Below, in pieces: positions 60,566 to 64,000 of a DNA stretch of 64,000 nt. How positions within the stretch are numbered: the stretch's first letter is position 1; the number at the start of each line of letters is the position of its first letter. Under the pieces are notes generated by a model. The model was not told the origin of the DNA. It saw only the letters and a program-made list of their open reading frames with translations, and did not search any database. Location: contig JASTWF010000070.1 of the NCBI GenBank assembly GCA_030390025.1, positions 992,001 through 1,056,000 of the forward strand, read 5' to 3'. Source of the DNA: Squalus acanthias (lineage: Eukaryota). A program made the position numbers and the translations under genes.

Positions 60566-60634
60566 AGATTTGAATAAATTCCTAACAACCGTGTTCTTGT
60601 TAATGTTAATTTATACAGTAGGGTTCTATAAAGC

Positions 60635-61110
60635 AGATGTAACTTCACCAGGACGATACCGGGGCAAAGAGGGTTAAATTCTCAGGACAGGTTGCATAGA
60701 CTAGCCTTGTATTATTTTGACTTTAAGATTAAGGGTGATCTAATTGAGATGTTTAAGATGATTAAAGAATTCGATAGGGTAGATAGAGAGAAACTATTTC
60801 CTCTGGTGGGGAGAGTCCAGAACAAGGGGACAAAAACTTTAAATTAGAGCCAGGCCGTTCAGGGATGATGTCAGGAAGCACTTCTTCACACACAGGATGG
60901 TGGAAATCTGGAACTCACTCGTCCAAAATGTTGCTGAGGCTGAGGGTCAATTGAAAATATCAACTCAGATTGATAGATTTTTGTTGGGTAAGGGTATTAA
61001 GGGTTACAGAACCAAGGCCAATGGAGTTAAGATACAGATCAGCCCTGATCTAATTGAATGTTGGATCAGGCTCCAGAGCTGAATGGCCTCCTCCTGTTCC
61101 AATGTTCCTG
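60635..61110 (+). mobile_element. CR1-like 3' fragment
   Basis: Homologous to 1455-1965. Confidence 0.7.
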
Positions 61111-61734
61111 TCTCCAGTAGGATAATTAGTTCGGACGACTAAAAGGCAAATTGAAGACTGATTTTTGGAGGTTCAACACACAAAGAGTGATCAGCACATG
61201 GAATGGTCCTCTGGGTAGGGCGGTGTGAATGAAAACCCCTGGAGTCATTTAGGAAACAGTTTGGCTGCCCTGATGGTCCAGAAGGTCAGAACCTTTCTGG
61301 ATTCCTGAGCTACGTTTGGTAGAATGGCCTTTTTCACCTGCAGTGACCTTGTGACAAGTGTCTCCAAATACTCTTTGCAATATCTGTGCAGAATATTTTG
61401 AGAACATAATATTGTTAATTTCGGATAGTTTCTATCCCCTCGGTACATGAATTGCAAAAGATTCTCAATGAAATCAGAGCCTAATAACCAGCTCAATTAT
61501 CCATTAATCACCACAACAAAGGCCTCATACCCATCTTTTAAATGTGTATGAAATCGAAAGTCTACCCGAAATATATCACAGCATCTCGGCGAAACAGCCT
61601 TTGAATTTTTCTTTTGCATTTGACTGATTTCCTCATGTGAAGTGCGGATTGTGTTACCGCTGTGAATTATTAACATCACCAGCAAACCGCTTTCAGTCAC
61701 AGCCGAAGGGTTCCGCTTTACAAAGTTACAAAGT

Positions 61735-62420
61735 GTTCACAGCACAGAAATAGGCCATTCGGCCATGGTCCATGCCGGGGTTTCTGCTCCACACGAGCCT
61801 CCTCCCACCCCTCTTCATCTCACCCCTTCAGCATATCCTTCTATTCCTTTCTCCGTCATGTGTTTATCGAGCTTCCCCTTGTATGCATCTATGCCATTCG
61901 CCTCAACCACTCCCTGTGGTAGCGAGTTCCACATTCTCCCGAGTCTCTGGGTAAAGAAGTTTCTGCTGAATTCCTTATTGGATTTATTAGTGACTATCTT
62001 ATATTTATGGCCCCTAGTTCTGGTCACTTCACAAGTCAAAACAACTTATCTTCCTATCAAACTCTTTCATAACCTTAAAGGCCTCTATCAGGTCACCCCT
62101 CAGCCTTCTCATTTCCAGAGAAAAGAGCCCCAGCCTGTTCAATCTTTCCTGATGTGTATAACCTCTCAGTTCTGTATCATCCTTGTACATCTTTTTTGCA
62201 CCTTCTCCAGTGCCTCTATATCCTTTTTATAATATGGAGACCAGAACTGTGCACAGTGCTCCACGTGTGGTCTAACCAAGGTTCGATACATCTTTAACAC
62301 AACTTCGCTGCTTTTCAATTCTATCCCTCTAGAAATTAACCCCAGTGCTTTGGTTTGCTTGTTTTAATGGGCTTGTTAACCTGTGTCACTACTTTCAGTG
62401 ATTTGTGTACCTTCACCCCA
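61735..62420 (-). mobile_element. CR1-like 3' fragment
   Basis: NFFTQRLGRMWNSLP...KGIEGY. Confidence 0.75.
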
Positions 62421-62619
62421 TATACTCTACCACAGTTGAAAACGTATTTTCAAAGAACTAACAGACACTGACAGTGGGTAAAAGCAACAATAAATTTGCT
62501 GACGAAATCACTTAACTGCATTATTAAAAAATAGCAGATGGATTTAAAATAATTTACTTTCGATAGTAAATGCGTCAGAGTTCACTCCCAGGAAAGAGCC
62601 AGTGAAATTCGGGGTCCAC

Positions 62620-63034
62620 TTACATAAGAACATTAGAAATACAAGCAGGAGTAGGCCATTTGGCACTTCGAGCCTGCTGCGCCATTGAATAAGATCATGG
62701 CTGATCTTCTACCTCATCTCCACTTTCCTGTAATATTCCCATATCCCTTGAGTCCCCAAGAGTCCAAAAATCTATCGACCTCTGTCTTGAATATACTCAA
62801 CGACTGAGCCTCCACATCCCTCTGGGGTAGAGAAATCCAAAGATTCACCACCCTCTGAGTGAAGAAATTCCTCCTCATCTCAGTCCTAAATGACCAACCC
62901 CTTATCCTGAGACTGTGACCCCTGGTTCTGGACTCCCTAGCCAGGAGAAACATGCTCCCTGCATCTACCCTGTCAAACCCTGTAAGAATTTTGTATGTTT
63001 CAATGAGATCACCTCTCATTCTTCTAAACTCCAG
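62620..63034 (-). mobile_element. CR1 3' fragment
   Basis: LEFRRMRGDLIETYKIL...NFFTQRVVNLW. Confidence 0.85.
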
Positions 63035-64000
63035 CTTTAATATCAATGCAGCCTAAATCCCGAGGTAGTGCCTGAGCTGCCCAGTCGTCATGAGCCGCAC
63101 TTCTGAGCCGCACACCTTTGCTCCATAAATGTGCATTGTAAATCGGCGTTAGAGATACACTGAGCGCATCTGGACTGAACGATGAAAGGGCTGGAATCAC
63201 AGACACAATGCTGGGATTTGAAAAACTGTTGTATTGCGTTTTATAAAACGTTATATTACTGATGCATTGTAAAGATTATTTGAATTATATCGTGCTCACA
63301 TATAAAGACGCAAAATGAATCTAAAAACGTCAATGCAGGAAAGGAGAAACATGTCGAGATTGAACCGAAGCTGCAGGCGATGTGTCATCTTAAGAATAGC
63401 AGACGATGCGTAAGAGAGAATTTAAATATGTTTAGAATTTCCGCTTTGGGCCGAAATTTCCCATTTGCAAAATGCGCTTGAAATTGCGTCGTTTCTGTTC
63501 GGCGTTAAGACTCTCCAGTAGGCGATACGTCGGTTCTGCAATTAGTCAGTCTCTCTTCCGAGTGAGGGTTAATTATTGATAATGATGCATCAAGTCGGTA
63601 AGAGAACGTGAGATCGCCGCAGTGAGACGTCAATGAAGATAGCAATTGTACCCTTTAGCTTCACGCCACATCTTCCAATAGTCGAATTTCTGCGGTGCTT
63701 TGGGACTTGAACCCGGCGTATCAAAGTCCCTGAGAAGGGTTGACACCTCAGGGCTCTACTGCGCCGGGTGGTCTTCTGAATGTGATTGCCAATTTCCTGT
63801 CAATGGACCCCAAAAGCACGGGGAAGCGGCACACAATTGAGGAACAGCTGGCTTGAATTGTTACTGAGCAGAGTGTCTTACTGATCCCACAATGAGAGCA
63901 AAGCAGAGGGAACTTTCCACATCACGTCATATCCGGCAGGCGCTCGCTTTCCTTTCCCGTCAGAGGGTCGGGACCGCATTAAACGCCAGGTGGGCGTAAA

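Overview
Repeat-rich vertebrate genomic DNA, most likely from a cartilaginous fish, judging by the cluster-type Ig light chains and shark-type CR1, L2 and Deu-SINE repeats. Main contents: (1) Two tandem minus-strand Ig light-chain clusters of the type I/NS5 (sigma-cart, sigma-2) isotype with germline-joined VJ exons. Copy B (31717-34378) is intact. Copy A (3716-15115) is a pseudogene with frameshifts in V and C and a young 7.4-kb ERV in its J-C intron. (2) The ERV has near-identical LTRs, a CTTG target-site duplication (TSD), a tRNA-Ser PBS, wrecked gag-pol and an open 331-aa env with a very short SU. (3) About 13 kb upstream of copy B, head-to-head on the plus strand, is a six-exon non-rearranging antigen-receptor-like gene (leader, pre-joined VJ, C1, TM, cytoplasmic, ITIM; 47292-56154). 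It has an Ig-type octamer upstream, and this copy carries a nonsense codon and a broken splice donor. (4) Many retroelements and DNA-transposon relics: a full-length CR1, truncated CR1 and L2 copies, Deu-domain SINEs, Harbinger relics, and Penelope-type minimal hammerhead motifs, one inside a 223-bp hairpin element with a 13-bp TSD. Exon models and motifs were read by eye, no database searches were run, and repeat boundaries are approximate.
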